Shown in pieces: positions 19,801-29,263 of a DNA stretch of 64,000 bases. Position 1 is the stretch's first letter. Every line of letters begins with the position of its first letter. Source of the stretch: Candidatus Zhuqueibacterota bacterium (lineage in GTDB: Bacteria; Zhuqueibacterota; Zhuqueibacteria; Residuimicrobiales; Krinioviventaceae). The notes beneath the pieces were generated by a model. That model had not been told where the DNA came from. It searched no databases and saw nothing but the letters and a program-made list of their open reading frames with translations. The stretch is taken from contig JAFGJB010000008.1 in the NCBI GenBank assembly GCA_016929295.1, positions 12,917 through 76,916 on the forward strand, read 5' to 3'. Both the position numbers and the translations under genes were made by a program.

Positions 19801-22800
19801 CATTCTCCATCGCGCGTTCTGACCGCCGAAGAAATCGAGCAGTGGTTCCGCTTGCAGTTTGAGCGTCAGCCCGGCCGTGTCCTGCAAGCCCGCCGGGATC
19901 GATTGTGGGCAAACTATCAGCAGGTTGAAGAGCGCATTCAGAATATATCACAACTGCTGCGGGCGTACACCCTCTATCACCGTGATGTCGAATATGTTGT
20001 CAAGACGCCGGAAGAAGGCGAGCTCCGCCGACACGGAGGAAGCCCGGGACAAAAGGCGGTCATGATTGTCGATAGTTTCACCGGACGTTTGATGCCGGGA
20101 CGACGATTCAGCGATGGCTTGCACGAGGCGCTCGAAGCCAAGGAGGGAGTTCAGGTTCAGGCGGAATCTCAAACATTGGCGACGATTACGCTGCAAAACT
20201 TTTTCAGATTGTATGATAAACTGGCCGGCATGACGGGCACTGCCGAAACCGAGGCGCAAGAGTTTTTCAGCACCTACAAACTCGAAGTGCTTGTCATTCC
20301 GACGAACGAGCCGGTCATTCGGATTGATCACAACGATGTCATATACCGCACACGACAGGAAAAGTTCAATGCCGTCATCGATGAAGCGCTTGAAATGCAC
20401 ACCAATGGCCGGCCGGTGTTGATCGGCACTATCTCCGTTGATGTCTCGCAACATCTCAGCAATCTCTTCGCTGCACGTGGCATTCCACTGGCCAACTGGC
20501 TGAAAAAAGGTGATGTGACCAAAGAACTCGAATCCGGTCGATTCCATACCGTGCTCAATGCCAAACATCACAAGAGCGAGGCCGAAATCGTCGCCAAGGC
20601 CGGATTGCCCGGCAGTATCACCATTGCCACCAATATGGCTGGTCGCGGCACGGACATCAAACTCAAAGAAGAAGTGGTCAAGAGAGGCGGTTTGCACATC
20701 ATCGGCTCTGAAAAGCACGAAGCACGGCGAATTGATCGACAGCTGCGCGGGCGCGCCGGTCGCCAGGGCGATCCGGGTTCATCCCGGTTTTATCTATCTC
20801 TTGAAGATGATCTCATGCGTCTCTTTGGTTCCGATCGCATCACAAATATCATGAGCAGCATGGGCTCGATGGAAGAGGGTGAACGCATCGAGCACAGCCT
20901 CATCACCCGATCCATCGAACGGGCGCAGAAAAAGGTCGAAGAGCGTAACTTTGAAATTCGTAAAAACCTGCTCGAATACGATGATGTGTTGAACGAACAG
21001 CGCAAGATCATCTACAAGCGGCGGCAAAATTTGCTCGGCTTTGCCCGCGCAGCGGACTATATCGAGTCCAAGTTGAAAAAGTTTGTCGAAGATGAGAATG
21101 ATCGCTCGACATGGAAATTGGCCGATTTGCTTGCTGATGTGCAAAAATACTTTGGCCGCTCGCCCGACGTGGCTGTTGATGAACTGGAACGACTCAAGTA
21201 TAGTGAACTTGCCGAGTTGCTGCAGGAGTGGGTCGCCGATCAGATTGAGGAGCGCCGCCATTTCAACCGGTTGCAAGAGCGGCACCGCATTTTTGGCTAT
21301 GCGTCCCCGGACGACGTGATCGAAAATCTCGTCAAATTGAAGATTCGACTCCACAGTGCCGGCACTACCGATACTTCGAAATGGAATGTTAAAGGCATCC
21401 GCTTCGAATTGGAACGAATTTTTAAAAAATCGCCGGATTGGCTGACGGGCGACCTGGGTCAGCACGCTCAGGTTGAAGATAGAATTAAAAAATGGGCGCG
21501 CGATGAATACGCCCAACAGATGTCCGAGGCGCGACAGGCAGTCGATGAAATTTTGCTTTCAGCCATTCCTTTCGACGATTTTCTGAATATTTTTGTCTTT
21601 GGTCTGATCAATTTGCATCTGCCGGCTGATCAGGCGCCGATCCATTGGCGCAGTGAAGAGTTTTTACGTGATCTCGAACGCATTTTCAATGCGCGGCCGA
21701 CCATCGGCCAAAACGAGATCAGATCCATTCGTCTCACAAAACTCGTCGCGATTCTTCGCGACTGGATTCAAACACTCGACCTGCCCCGTGATGAAACCGT
21801 CCTTCGCCATCGAATTGTGGGCTATTTTGGGCCGCTTCGATTGGTCGACGCCGTCATTGCAGAACGATTGTTTGAGCACGAGGCCGGCTCGGCGCAAGAA
21901 TTGACGACGGCCGATGCCGCCTATTTCAAAAGTTTATTCAATCACGATTTTCAGGTAGCGACCACCGGTCAAAATGAACGGCCGATCGTGCAGCTCTTCC
22001 GGCAGGCGCGCGAAGCCTATATGGCGCGCGTTCGCCATTCTCGCCAAGCTTATGACGACGCCATGATCGCCGGCGCGCTGTCAGAAGAGTTGATCGAAGC
22101 GGCGATCCATACCGTCATTGATGATATCTTGACATCCGCAGCAGATCAGACAGCGGCGCAGAAGGAACTGAGCTGGACGTTGGAAAATATGTTTCTGACC
22201 AAACCCATGATCTCCATACCGCAGCAGCGCGATGAGCAGACCATTGCCGTTTTTAAAGAAGATGTCGTCGCATGGGGGCATGCTTTTTATAAAATGTACT
22301 CCGATCGCATGGAGCGATTTCGCCAGGAAGAGTTGAGCAGCGAGATCGTCTCGGACTCGGTCATCGGCATGATCGACGACACGATCTATGCCATGATTGA
22401 CAATGTGCTCGGTGGGGATGATGTTCTTGACGCGGCGCAAATAAGTCGACTTGAGAGTGAATGCCGGCTGATTTTCCGGCAAACGCCCCGAATAGCAGAT
22501 GAGAGCTTGCAAGGTATGGATCCCAACAAAGTCATGGATCTGATCAGCGAATGGGCAAAAAATCTGTACTATCAACGTGTGCGAGAGCTGGGTCGAGAAC
22601 TGGTCACGCGAATGGAACGTTATTATGTCCTCGAAAAGATCGACGAAAATTGGCGTCAGCATCTGCACGGCGTGGACGAGCTCCGCGAAGGCATCGGCCT
22701 GCGAGGCTATGGCCAGAAAGATCCGCTGCTTGAATACAAGCGTGAGGCGTTTGTCATGTTCGAGCGTACCATTGACTCGATAAATCGAGAAACTGTGAGC

Positions 22801-23067
22801 ACATTGTTCAAGGTCTTTGATGTGGGGGGTGAAGTCGAAGAGCAGCAGTTGCGTCGCCTGGAGCCGCAAAGTTTCACAACATCGCACTCCCAGGTCGAGG
22901 TGTTCAGGCAGGTTATGTCCGAAAAGGCGCCGGCACGAAAACCAGCACCCGGCCCCACTGAACAAAGAACCCGCACGGTTGTCAAGACAAAGAGTGTGGG
23001 ACGAAACGAACCGTGTCCTTGTGGCAGCGGCAAAAAATACAAGAACTGCTGTGGCAGACATGTCTGA
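16876..23067 (+). CDS. secA: Preprotein translocase ATPase SecA, giant form (2063 aa) with large insertions
   Basis: Canonical NBD1 ([30 protein letters not shown]), NBD2 ([45 protein letters not shown]), IRA1 ([15 protein letters not shown]) and the C-terminal zinc motif [17 protein letters not shown]. About 660 extra aa lie between the [18 protein letters not shown] and [12 protein letters not shown], and about 400 extra aa lie in the helical wing domain. Confidence 0.9.
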   Translation: MLAKVEKVLSKIMGGSSNERELKRLQPIVDEINQIAADYAKLTDDELKAKTNEFRYRLLMGETLDDLLPEAFAAVKDTCRRLCGKKWLVRGQETDWNMIPYDVQLIGGVALHEGKITEMATGEGKTLVATMPLYLNALAGKGAHLITVNDYLAQRDCEWMGEIYKFLGLSVAAIFGQQEPEERKRAYQADITYGTNNEFGFDYLRDNMTADVWSVVQRPLHFAIVDEVDSVLIDEARTPLIISGSVGAPRNIYNELKPIVENLYKKQQELVVRLIKEGKERLEQDEEQGGLMILRAQRGDPKNSQLLELLTSEFWVKKLIERIQGQYEVNKDMATVDQELYYTIDEKSHVVDITEKGRIFLSGGRDQDVAFKIQQLDDLDEILSRLSESKQKSLYFTQDPVSGRCNGLSFAGKLALNNVAGDINERDRAALDEFDARLRQLPDVVERTSQENRSDRTSAWRAFFRIAKKMEKAVNGLTEEGKSYLANGQDGAMAKLSDSFDRLLSTICAQADVDSGLTFPRHQQERRRLLQETFFELDRQLGIPVGLTEQGRIALLADMLGGDPLRVPLIFQLDNMLQLDDVDDKMQDYFEYSDDGTVVRHIAEKGRIALLGGNPDTYVLPDRSIVEERDRQIQQLLDRTINQTSYDYAARVIAVERLDRDMRAIHDLHAADVEKASPFYIISKSEERPRIRLTEMGRAFLSDFAAQTTELVLQFDKLVRDNKNRLDDIFQVQNNKIVGLNSAVLDRLLGRSFNDLQQAIREWHALHKAGATDSSISLRLELDKYLGSDQDARSLSRTFEEIERIAHVYSNIFAVMQRPDVSDSEKRRILGRYFEFNGDPKAPFTQVDNLPLVGLSDAGIERLAGDATARARIFDNLQGLVDDLDVDSDAVFELSEDGHPVGLKKSSWSRLVDGLPFFSYSDGLRKFRDEIMHLSNKKVNSSSELASLLPKEKTHLRAKKLMFDERELNELISIAHSPSRVLTAEEIEQWFRLQFERQPGRVLQARRDRLWANYQQVEERIQNISQLLRAYTLYHRDVEYVVKTPEEGELRRHGGSPGQKAVMIVDSFTGRLMPGRRFSDGLHEALEAKEGVQVQAESQTLATITLQNFFRLYDKLAGMTGTAETEAQEFFSTYKLEVLVIPTNEPVIRIDHNDVIYRTRQEKFNAVIDEALEMHTNGRPVLIGTISVDVSQHLSNLFAARGIPLANWLKKGDVTKELESGRFHTVLNAKHHKSEAEIVAKAGLPGSITIATNMAGRGTDIKLKEEVVKRGGLHIIGSEKHEARRIDRQLRGRAGRQGDPGSSRFYLSLEDDLMRLFGSDRITNIMSSMGSMEEGERIEHSLITRSIERAQKKVEERNFEIRKNLLEYDDVLNEQRKIIYKRRQNLLGFARAADYIESKLKKFVEDENDRSTWKLADLLADVQKYFGRSPDVAVDELERLKYSELAELLQEWVADQIEERRHFNRLQERHRIFGYASPDDVIENLVKLKIRLHSAGTTDTSKWNVKGIRFELERIFKKSPDWLTGDLGQHAQVEDRIKKWARDEYAQQMSEARQAVDEILLSAIPFDDFLNIFVFGLINLHLPADQAPIHWRSEEFLRDLERIFNARPTIGQNEIRSIRLTKLVAILRDWIQTLDLPRDETVLRHRIVGYFGPLRLVDAVIAERLFEHEAGSAQELTTADAAYFKSLFNHDFQVATTGQNERPIVQLFRQAREAYMARVRHSRQAYDDAMIAGALSEELIEAAIHTVIDDILTSAADQTAAQKELSWTLENMFLTKPMISIPQQRDEQTIAVFKEDVVAWGHAFYKMYSDRMERFRQEELSSEIVSDSVIGMIDDTIYAMIDNVLGGDDVLDAAQISRLESECRLIFRQTPRIADESLQGMDPNKVMDLISEWAKNLYYQRVRELGRELVTRMERYYVLEKIDENWRQHLHGVDELREGIGLRGYGQKDPLLEYKREAFVMFERTIDSINRETVSTLFKVFDVGGEVEEQQLRRLEPQSFTTSHSQVEVFRQVMSEKAPARKPAPGPTEQRTRTVVKTKSVGRNEPCPCGSGKKYKNCCGRHV

Positions 23068-23083
23068 TTCCAGGAAAGTACTA

Positions 23084-23112
23084 TTGGCTTTTGCCATTAT
23101 TTATCGTATATT
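23084..23112 (+). promoter_or_regulatory. Sigma70-like promoter (TTGGCT-17-TATATT) upstream of smg/topA
   Basis: TTGGCT at 23084-23089, a 17-nt spacer and TATATT at 23107-23112. AAGGAGAG RBS before the ATG at 23144. Confidence 0.5.
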
Positions 23113-23143
23113 GATTTTCGATGCCCCAAGGAGAGCATAATTC

Positions 23144-23611
23144 ATGGAAAAAAGATTTCTTGACGTTCTCACCTTTGTGCTCAATGAAATCAGCGAAAAC
23201 ACCGACGGTGATTTAGATCTGCAAACCGTCATCGATGTGTTGCAGGATGAAGGTTACTCTGAAGATGAAATCTCTTCCGCCATGTCGTGGATCATGAATC
23301 ACGGGGATCCTTTGGACCGCATCACCACTGAACAAAAAAGCGATATCCCTCGCCCGGTTTGGCGCTCTTTGAATGATATCGAAGAAGAGACAATATCACC
23401 CAATGCCTATAGCTATCTCTTCCATTTACGCGAACTAAATATTTTGACCGATGATAATCTGGAAAAAGTCATCGATCGAGCTGTTGATTTACGGTTAACG
23501 CGCATGAGTGTTGAGGATATGAAAGATTTGGTGACGGCTGTCGTGCTAAATTTTGAGGACAGCGCCTCTAAAGGCTATTTTCAATTTACCGCTACCCGAT
23601 ATCCTCATTAA
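23144..23611 (+). CDS. smg: Smg family protein (DUF494)
   Basis: 155 aa. FLDVLTFVLNE and LQTVIDVLQDEGYSEDEISSAMSWI align to E. coli Smg FDVLMYLFE and [22 protein letters not shown]. It is adjacent to topA as at dprA-smg-topA loci. Confidence 0.7.
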   Translation: MEKRFLDVLTFVLNEISENTDGDLDLQTVIDVLQDEGYSEDEISSAMSWIMNHGDPLDRITTEQKSDIPRPVWRSLNDIEEETISPNAYSYLFHLRELNILTDDNLEKVIDRAVDLRLTRMSVEDMKDLVTAVVLNFEDSASKGYFQFTATRYPH

Positions 23612-23637
23612 ATCCCGTGCGCTCAAAGCCCTTGGAT

Positions 23638-25836
23638 ATGGCCAAATCGATTATATTAGTTGAATCACAACAAAAATTACGTACGCTACAATCGTATGTG
23701 GCCGATGATCATCACATCGTCAACATGAATGGCGCGATCGAGGATGCTGGAACTGAATATCTCCGGCATCTGCTCTTCAACCAGCCCGCCGAATTGGCTT
23801 TCTTGTCCGATAGCAAAATCGCCAGTCTGTCACAAATCATTCGTGACAGCGAAACGGTTCTACTCGCCACCTCACCCGATTACACCGGCGATGCCCTGGC
23901 GCGTCAAATCGTCAACGCCCTGCACCTCAAAGACAAGGACGTTCACCGACTCTTTTTACAGGCGATTTCGAAAAGAGAAGTGATCAAAGCGATTGGCGAG
24001 AAGCGAAACATACCCGCCGGCAGTGGCGCCTTGCTGGAAAAGTCTTTCGGAGTAGACAGCGCCTTCAACGACTATTTTCGCGATCTGATCAATTCGAAAA
24101 AAATAAAAAAACCCATTTTTAGCCTGGCCGCCGCATTGGCGCTTAGAAAAATATATGAAAATGATGCCGCGATGGCGAGCAGAACATCAACTTTGGCAAG
24201 TTCTCTTTGCATCCTTTTTAAGCGGCACGGCCGCTCTTTTACGGCGCGATTGAGCAAAATAAATGGCCAGACGCCGTCGATTGCCAATTCGCATGCGGCG
24301 AAAGCGATCATTTTTGATCTAAAAGAACAAAAGTACAAGATTGATCGGTTGTCGGACAGCACCATCACAACTGCACCGCCGCTGCCGTTCACAACAGCAA
24401 AATTGATCGCTGCAGCTGAAACACACCTTGGTTTTTCGCCTCGACAAACCTGCAGCATCGCCCGTTCTCTCTACAATGGTTGCGATATCGGACAGAAAAA
24501 GCCGGTTGGACTCATCACTTATCCGATAACGGATTCATTGTTCATCCCCGAGCAGGACCTATTGTCTGCCCGGGAGTTCATTATGGTGAATTATGGCAAA
24601 GCATACGTGCCGGAAAAGCCCCGCCTCTATTCAGATGCGTCATATTCTGCGTTCAGCGTTATTCGTCCCACCGCGCCATCGCGAACGCCTAAAAAATTGA
24701 AAAAGCATCTCGCCGACGGACCCTTTCAACTTTATGATCTCATTTGGAAACGCTTCCTGGCATCGCAAATGACAGATTCGACCATGGCGCATCGAAAAGT
24801 GTACATCACCGCAGGACCGCAAAAGGCCTATGTTTTTCGACTTGAACAAATCCAAACGATGGGCCGGGGATATCTGCAGCTCTTTCCGCAGACAGAGAAC
24901 CAAACGTCATTTTTATTTTCACAAGAATGGCAAAAGAATGGCGAAATCATCCCTTGTGATTATAAATATGTTGTCGAACAGCACAAGTCAGATTTTTATT
25001 ATACTGAAGGCAGATTGTTGGAAGCATTGGGCGATTTGGATGTGTGCATGATCGAGACGCTCGAGTACATACCCGATATTTTGCGCGAGTGGAAATTTGT
25101 CCGCCAAACTGCTGACGGCAAATTATATCCGACGCGACCGGGAAAGACTGCCTGCGAGTTGCTGCAACGGCGCTATCCGGATATTCTGAATGAACGGTTC
25201 ATACGCCAGCAAAAAGCAAAGTTATTTATGCTGGAGAACGGAAAAAAGAATATCGATCCTGTGGCTGAAATCACAAAATTATTACAACATCCGGCACGAC
25301 CGACAATGGAGGACCAGGCAGCAGATGGCGCCGTGAAAAAAACCAACAGCAAATGTCCTGTTTGTGGTGGCTCGATGCTGCAAAAAAGCAGCTCATCCGG
25401 TGACTATATGGTCTGTGAATTTTATCCCGATAACTGCCAGTACAGCAAATCGATTCATCCTCACCTGCATCGCTATTATGGGCGCTGCGATGACTGCCAT
25501 GCTGAACTGACTGTTAAAATCGGCCGTTATGGTCGATTCCTGGCGTGTTCTGCTTTTCCAAAATGCAAGTTCACCAGGCCATTTCCGACTGGCGCCAAAT
25601 GTCCCAGAGAAGGCTGCGAGGGAGATGTGATAGAACGGATCACAAAAACGGGTCGACTTTTTTACGGATGCAGCTTATTCCCGCACTGCAAATTTTCATC
25701 CTGGCAAATGCCGGTGAACATTGCCTGTCCAAAGTGCGGCAATCTCTATTTGACATTAAAAAACAGCGATGCTTTTGACGTTTATCAATGTCCCAAGTGC
25801 AAGACTGAATTTGACGCCAATCTGGCGGAAAAATGA
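23638..25836 (+). CDS. topA: Type IA DNA topoisomerase I homologue with four C-terminal C4 zinc ribbons; several catalytic-site residues diverge
   Basis: Toprim [14 protein letters not shown] and [11 protein letters not shown] versus E. coli IYLATDLDREGE. Active-site [10 protein letters not shown] versus GYITYMRTDS. IRP and [14 protein letters not shown] are conserved. An alternative GTG start is at 23617. Confidence 0.75.
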   Translation: MAKSIILVESQQKLRTLQSYVADDHHIVNMNGAIEDAGTEYLRHLLFNQPAELAFLSDSKIASLSQIIRDSETVLLATSPDYTGDALARQIVNALHLKDKDVHRLFLQAISKREVIKAIGEKRNIPAGSGALLEKSFGVDSAFNDYFRDLINSKKIKKPIFSLAAALALRKIYENDAAMASRTSTLASSLCILFKRHGRSFTARLSKINGQTPSIANSHAAKAIIFDLKEQKYKIDRLSDSTITTAPPLPFTTAKLIAAAETHLGFSPRQTCSIARSLYNGCDIGQKKPVGLITYPITDSLFIPEQDLLSAREFIMVNYGKAYVPEKPRLYSDASYSAFSVIRPTAPSRTPKKLKKHLADGPFQLYDLIWKRFLASQMTDSTMAHRKVYITAGPQKAYVFRLEQIQTMGRGYLQLFPQTENQTSFLFSQEWQKNGEIIPCDYKYVVEQHKSDFYYTEGRLLEALGDLDVCMIETLEYIPDILREWKFVRQTADGKLYPTRPGKTACELLQRRYPDILNERFIRQQKAKLFMLENGKKNIDPVAEITKLLQHPARPTMEDQAADGAVKKTNSKCPVCGGSMLQKSSSSGDYMVCEFYPDNCQYSKSIHPHLHRYYGRCDDCHAELTVKIGRYGRFLACSAFPKCKFTRPFPTGAKCPREGCEGDVIERITKTGRLFYGCSLFPHCKFSSWQMPVNIACPKCGNLYLTLKNSDAFDVYQCPKCKTEFDANLAEK

Positions 25837-26771
25837 TCATGCCCGTCACAGCATTTAATATCGCGACGTGGATTCCGAGATTTGTGCGATTTTTACAAGT
25901 CGAACGGCACGACTCGGAAAATACATGTGCGGCCTATGAAACTGACCTGTTTCAATTTAATGATTATTTGGCGCAACGATTTAAAACAGAGCAACCGGAA
26001 TTTGCCCACTTTACCAAAGAATCGGTGCGGGGATATCTCGGCTATTTGACCGGATTGAAATACTCCGCCCGCAGTCTCGCGCGCAAATTGGCCTGCTTGC
26101 GCGCATTCTCCAAATACTTGATTCGTGAAGATGTCCTTGCCGTGAATCCAACGCTCAACATTGCCACCCCAAAGATAAAAAAGAAACTGCCCGGCTTTCT
26201 CAGCGCGCAACAGGTGAAAGCATTACTGCAATTGCCAAACGTCGCAAGACCGCAGGGATTGCGCGACTATATGATCCTCGAGCTTTTTTACGCCACCGGC
26301 ATGCGCGTCAGTGAACTCGCTTCCCTAAAGCTGGAGAATATTCGCCATGACGAAGGCGTCTTTCGTATTCGGGGCAAGGGGAATAAAACGCGGCTGGTGC
26401 CAATGGGGCATCGTGTTGCCCGAGATCTGCAAGTCTATTTGAAAATGCGCCAAGAAGAAGAAAAAGCTGCGCTGGAATTTAAGGATTTTATCTTTGTTAA
26501 TAGTAATAAGGAGCCATTCACGAGAGGGCAAATTGCCGCAATCGTTCATGGCTATATAAAACGCATAGCCGGCAAAGAAATGGCACATCCACACACGTTG
26601 CGTCATACATTTGCCACGCATCTGCTCAATGAGGGCGCAGATTTGATGTCCGTAAAAGAACTTTTAGGGCACTCCAGTTTGAGTACAACACAGATCTACA
26701 CGCATGTTTCTGCCGAGCATCTCAAAAAAATATATAAAAAAGCTCATCCGCGAGCGAACAGCGAAGGGTGA
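25833..26771 (+). CDS. xerC: Tyrosine site-specific recombinase XerC/XerD
   Basis: 312 aa. The N-terminal core-binding domain contains [20 protein letters not shown]. Catalytic motifs are [20 protein letters not shown] and [12 protein letters not shown]...[17 protein letters not shown] 4-nt overlap with topA in a chromosomal context suggests it is not a phage integrase. Confidence 0.85.
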   Translation: MIMPVTAFNIATWIPRFVRFLQVERHDSENTCAAYETDLFQFNDYLAQRFKTEQPEFAHFTKESVRGYLGYLTGLKYSARSLARKLACLRAFSKYLIREDVLAVNPTLNIATPKIKKKLPGFLSAQQVKALLQLPNVARPQGLRDYMILELFYATGMRVSELASLKLENIRHDEGVFRIRGKGNKTRLVPMGHRVARDLQVYLKMRQEEEKAALEFKDFIFVNSNKEPFTRGQIAAIVHGYIKRIAGKEMAHPHTLRHTFATHLLNEGADLMSVKELLGHSSLSTTQIYTHVSAEHLKKIYKKAHPRANSEG

Positions 26772-26860
26772 TCGGAGAATTCACACTAAAAGAGGAGGTG
26801 ACGGGCAATAGGACACACTATTTAATTGCGGGCAACTTGAATATTTACAAGGAGGTTCCT

Positions 26861-27196
26861 ATGAGGATTTCATTCACTGCGAGACATTTTAAATCATCGG
26901 ACCGACTCAAAGATTTCGCAATAACTGAGGTGCAACGCTTGAAGAAATACTATGATGATATCCTTGATGTCGAGATCATTCTGGATTATATCAAACAGGA
27001 GCAGGTTGCCGAGATTGTTGTCAAGGTCTTTGGGCAGAGATTGACTGTGGTTGAAAAGAGTGAAGATATGTACAAATCTATTACTCTCGCTGTGGATAAA
27101 TTGGAACGCAAATTAGTGAAATATAAGCAAAAACTGCGACATTTTAACAAAGAGCGCATCGCCGAGAACATAGAACCAGAACTCGAACTTGATTAG
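26861..27196 (+). CDS. hpf: Ribosome hibernation-promoting factor / sigma-54 modulation protein (HPF/RaiA)
   Basis: 111 aa from the ATG at 26861, with AAGGAGG 6 nt upstream. N-terminus MRISFTARHFKSSDRLKDFAITEVQRLKKYYDDILDVEI. The longer ORF-track start at 26768 is unlikely. Confidence 0.85.
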   Translation: MRISFTARHFKSSDRLKDFAITEVQRLKKYYDDILDVEIILDYIKQEQVAEIVVKVFGQRLTVVEKSEDMYKSITLAVDKLERKLVKYKQKLRHFNKERIAENIEPELELD

Positions 27197-28300
27197 ATGG
27201 AGCAGAGAGAGCGGGGAGCGTTATCGCGCTCCCTGCTCTTCATTGCGTATAAACTTATGTCAATAGAAACGAAAAGGGTCTACAAGACAATTCTCGATGC
27301 CAAGCAGCCCAAAGCTATTGGTTACCTTAAGGTTAGCGATTTGTATGAACAAACCCAAGATCGGCTCCATTTGCGCATCGTCAATGATCAATATTCTTTT
27401 GACCGCCGAATTGAGCAAAAGGAATTGAATCGACCAGGTCTGGCGCTCAGTGGTTTCGTGGAAGTTTTTACCTACTGGCGTGTGCAGCTCATGGGGAATA
27501 CCGAGATCGGTTACCTGAATACGCTGCACGGTGATGAACGGATCAGGGCCATTTCCAATGTTCTTGATTTTGATTTGCCCTGCATCATTGTCACAAATGA
27601 TAATTTGATCCCGGTGGAGCTGGTTGAAATTGCCAACCAGCGCAAGATCACGCTATTTGCAACACCCGATAATACGACGTTTGTGCATCGGCACTTGAGT
27701 GAGCACCTGGAGCGCGCTTTTGCTCCGCATACAGTTGTCCATGGTTCACTGGTGGATGTGTTCAGCGTCGGTGTGCTCTTTGTCGGTCCGGCTGCAATCG
27801 GCAAGAGTGAGTTGGCGCTTGACTTGATCGAGCGGGGACACCAATTGGTCGCTGATGATGCTGTTCAAATTAAAAAGACCGGGGTCAACACGCTGCAGGG
27901 CGCTCCCAGGGGGAGTATCGGCCATCATATGGAAATCAGGGGCCTTGGAATCATCGACGTTTTTAAAATGTTCGGCGTGCGCGGAATTCGTGGAAGCAAG
28001 GATATTCATGTTATTGTCAAACTGGAAAAGTTTGGTGAAAATGCCAATTACGAACGAACCGGCCTGGACGAAATCTACACCCAAATTCTGGGAGTTGATA
28101 TTCCACTCGTCGAATTGCCGGTCATGGAAGGAAAGAATTTGACAATCGTCGCAGAGGCGATTGCCCTTGATCAAAAATTGAAACAGATCGGCATAAAGCA
28201 AGCACACCAGTTCAACCAACATTTGATGCTAAAGAACATCTCAACTCAAAAGGCAGCGGAACAGGCGCCGGAAATAATGCTCGATATAGAGGATATTTGA
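27197..28300 (+). CDS. hprK: HPr kinase/phosphorylase
   Basis: Walker A GPAAIGKSELALDLIERGHQLVADD and MEIRGLGIIDV. An alternative start MSIETK lies 21 codons downstream. Confidence 0.9.
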   Translation: MEQRERGALSRSLLFIAYKLMSIETKRVYKTILDAKQPKAIGYLKVSDLYEQTQDRLHLRIVNDQYSFDRRIEQKELNRPGLALSGFVEVFTYWRVQLMGNTEIGYLNTLHGDERIRAISNVLDFDLPCIIVTNDNLIPVELVEIANQRKITLFATPDNTTFVHRHLSEHLERAFAPHTVVHGSLVDVFSVGVLFVGPAAIGKSELALDLIERGHQLVADDAVQIKKTGVNTLQGAPRGSIGHHMEIRGLGIIDVFKMFGVRGIRGSKDIHVIVKLEKFGENANYERTGLDEIYTQILGVDIPLVELPVMEGKNLTIVAEAIALDQKLKQIGIKQAHQFNQHLMLKNISTQKAAEQAPEIMLDIEDI

Positions 28301-28695
28301 TGAAATACGGTGTAGTAATCGCACATGGACCATTAGGTGCGGCATTCATAGAGGCCGCCGCGTCGATCATGGGAAAAACCGAAGGGCTTTTTCCGCTCTC
28401 TGTCACGGATATGTCGATACAGGAGATCGAAGCACGCCTAAGGGCCATTGTCAACGAGCCATGCGAAAATGTTGACGCCATCATCATCATGGCCTGTTTG
28501 CGTGGCGGAAGTTCCTGGAATGTGAGCGCCGCCGTCACAAAAGGCCTGGATCGTGTTCGACTTGTCTCGGGCTTGAACCTTGCCATGTTGCTGACTTTTC
28601 TGCTCAAACGGGAGATGCTTTCTCTCGACGATCTGGTGGATGAAATGAAAAAAGAGGCTGCAAAAGGGATTACATCCTTGGACTTTAATCGCTAG
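28300..28695 (+). CDS. PTS EIIA component, mannose/fructose/sorbose family
   Basis: GVVIAHGPLGAAFIEAAASIMG with the phospho-His near position 9. The ATG overlaps the hprK stop (TGATG). Confidence 0.75.
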   Translation: MKYGVVIAHGPLGAAFIEAAASIMGKTEGLFPLSVTDMSIQEIEARLRAIVNEPCENVDAIIIMACLRGGSSWNVSAAVTKGLDRVRLVSGLNLAMLLTFLLKREMLSLDDLVDEMKKEAAKGITSLDFNR

Positions 28696-28714
28696 AATGC
28701 GGGAGACAGATGAG

Positions 28715-29200
28715 ATGCCGTTGGTGATGATACGAATTGATGACCGCCTCATTCATGGTCAGGTTGTCGTCGGCTGGGGGAGTGTTCTGAAACCAGATCG
28801 AATATTGTTGTCGAGTGACGACGTGGCAACTGTTGAGTGGCAACGAACCATTTATTTATCAGCGGTGCCGGAATCATTACATGCCTCTGTTCTCACCCTG
28901 GAAGATTCGATTAAAGCTCTGACATCCGCCGATTTTGGCGACGAAAAAGTGTTGCTGCTCGTAGATTCACCTAAAAGCATCATTTTTTTCGTCGAGAACG
29001 GAGTTGACATCAAGGAAGTGAATGTCGGGGGTATGCATTTCAAACCAGGCAAGAATCAAATTGCGCCTTTCATTTTTGTGGATAAAGAGGATGTAGCCAA
29101 TTTCAAAATATTGTGCGAGAAGGGCATCAAACTCGAAGGACGCGACGTGCCAACGCGCTCACCCGTCGACATCTGCGCCGTATTGGGCTTCAAGGAATGA
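28715..29200 (+). CDS. PTS EIIB component, mannose/sorbose family
   Basis: EIIB-Man signature MIRIDDRLIHGQVVVGW. GGGAG SD 9 nt upstream of the ATG at 28715. No IIC/IID follows. Confidence 0.75.
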   Translation: MPLVMIRIDDRLIHGQVVVGWGSVLKPDRILLSSDDVATVEWQRTIYLSAVPESLHASVLTLEDSIKALTSADFGDEKVLLLVDSPKSIIFFVENGVDIKEVNVGGMHFKPGKNQIAPFIFVDKEDVANFKILCEKGIKLEGRDVPTRSPVDICAVLGFKE

Positions 29201-29263
29201 CAAAAGGGCTATTGTGATCGGTTGATGCAACGCTTTCAATTCCCCACCGGACATACACTTTCA

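Noticed and set aside
17970-19960. Possible intein or mobile insertion inside secA
   Set aside because: There are no intein splice-junction motifs (N-terminal Cys/Ser block, C-terminal HN), no homing-endonuclease motifs and no flanking repeats. The insert is built of PPXD-like repeats, so it looks like a domain expansion rather than a mobile element.
16903-23097. Several long minus-strand ORFs (16903..17922, 19948..20718, 20794..21516, 22081..23097) within secA
   Set aside because: All are antisense to the continuous SecA frame, which carries canonical motifs at both ends. None has recognisable motifs.
25833-26771. Tyrosine recombinase as evidence of a prophage or integrative element
   Set aside because: It has XerC/D-type motifs, a 4-nt overlap with topA, and is flanked by housekeeping genes (topA, hpf, hprK). 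There are no att-like repeats, tRNA target or phage genes nearby, so it is called the chromosomal dimer-resolution recombinase.
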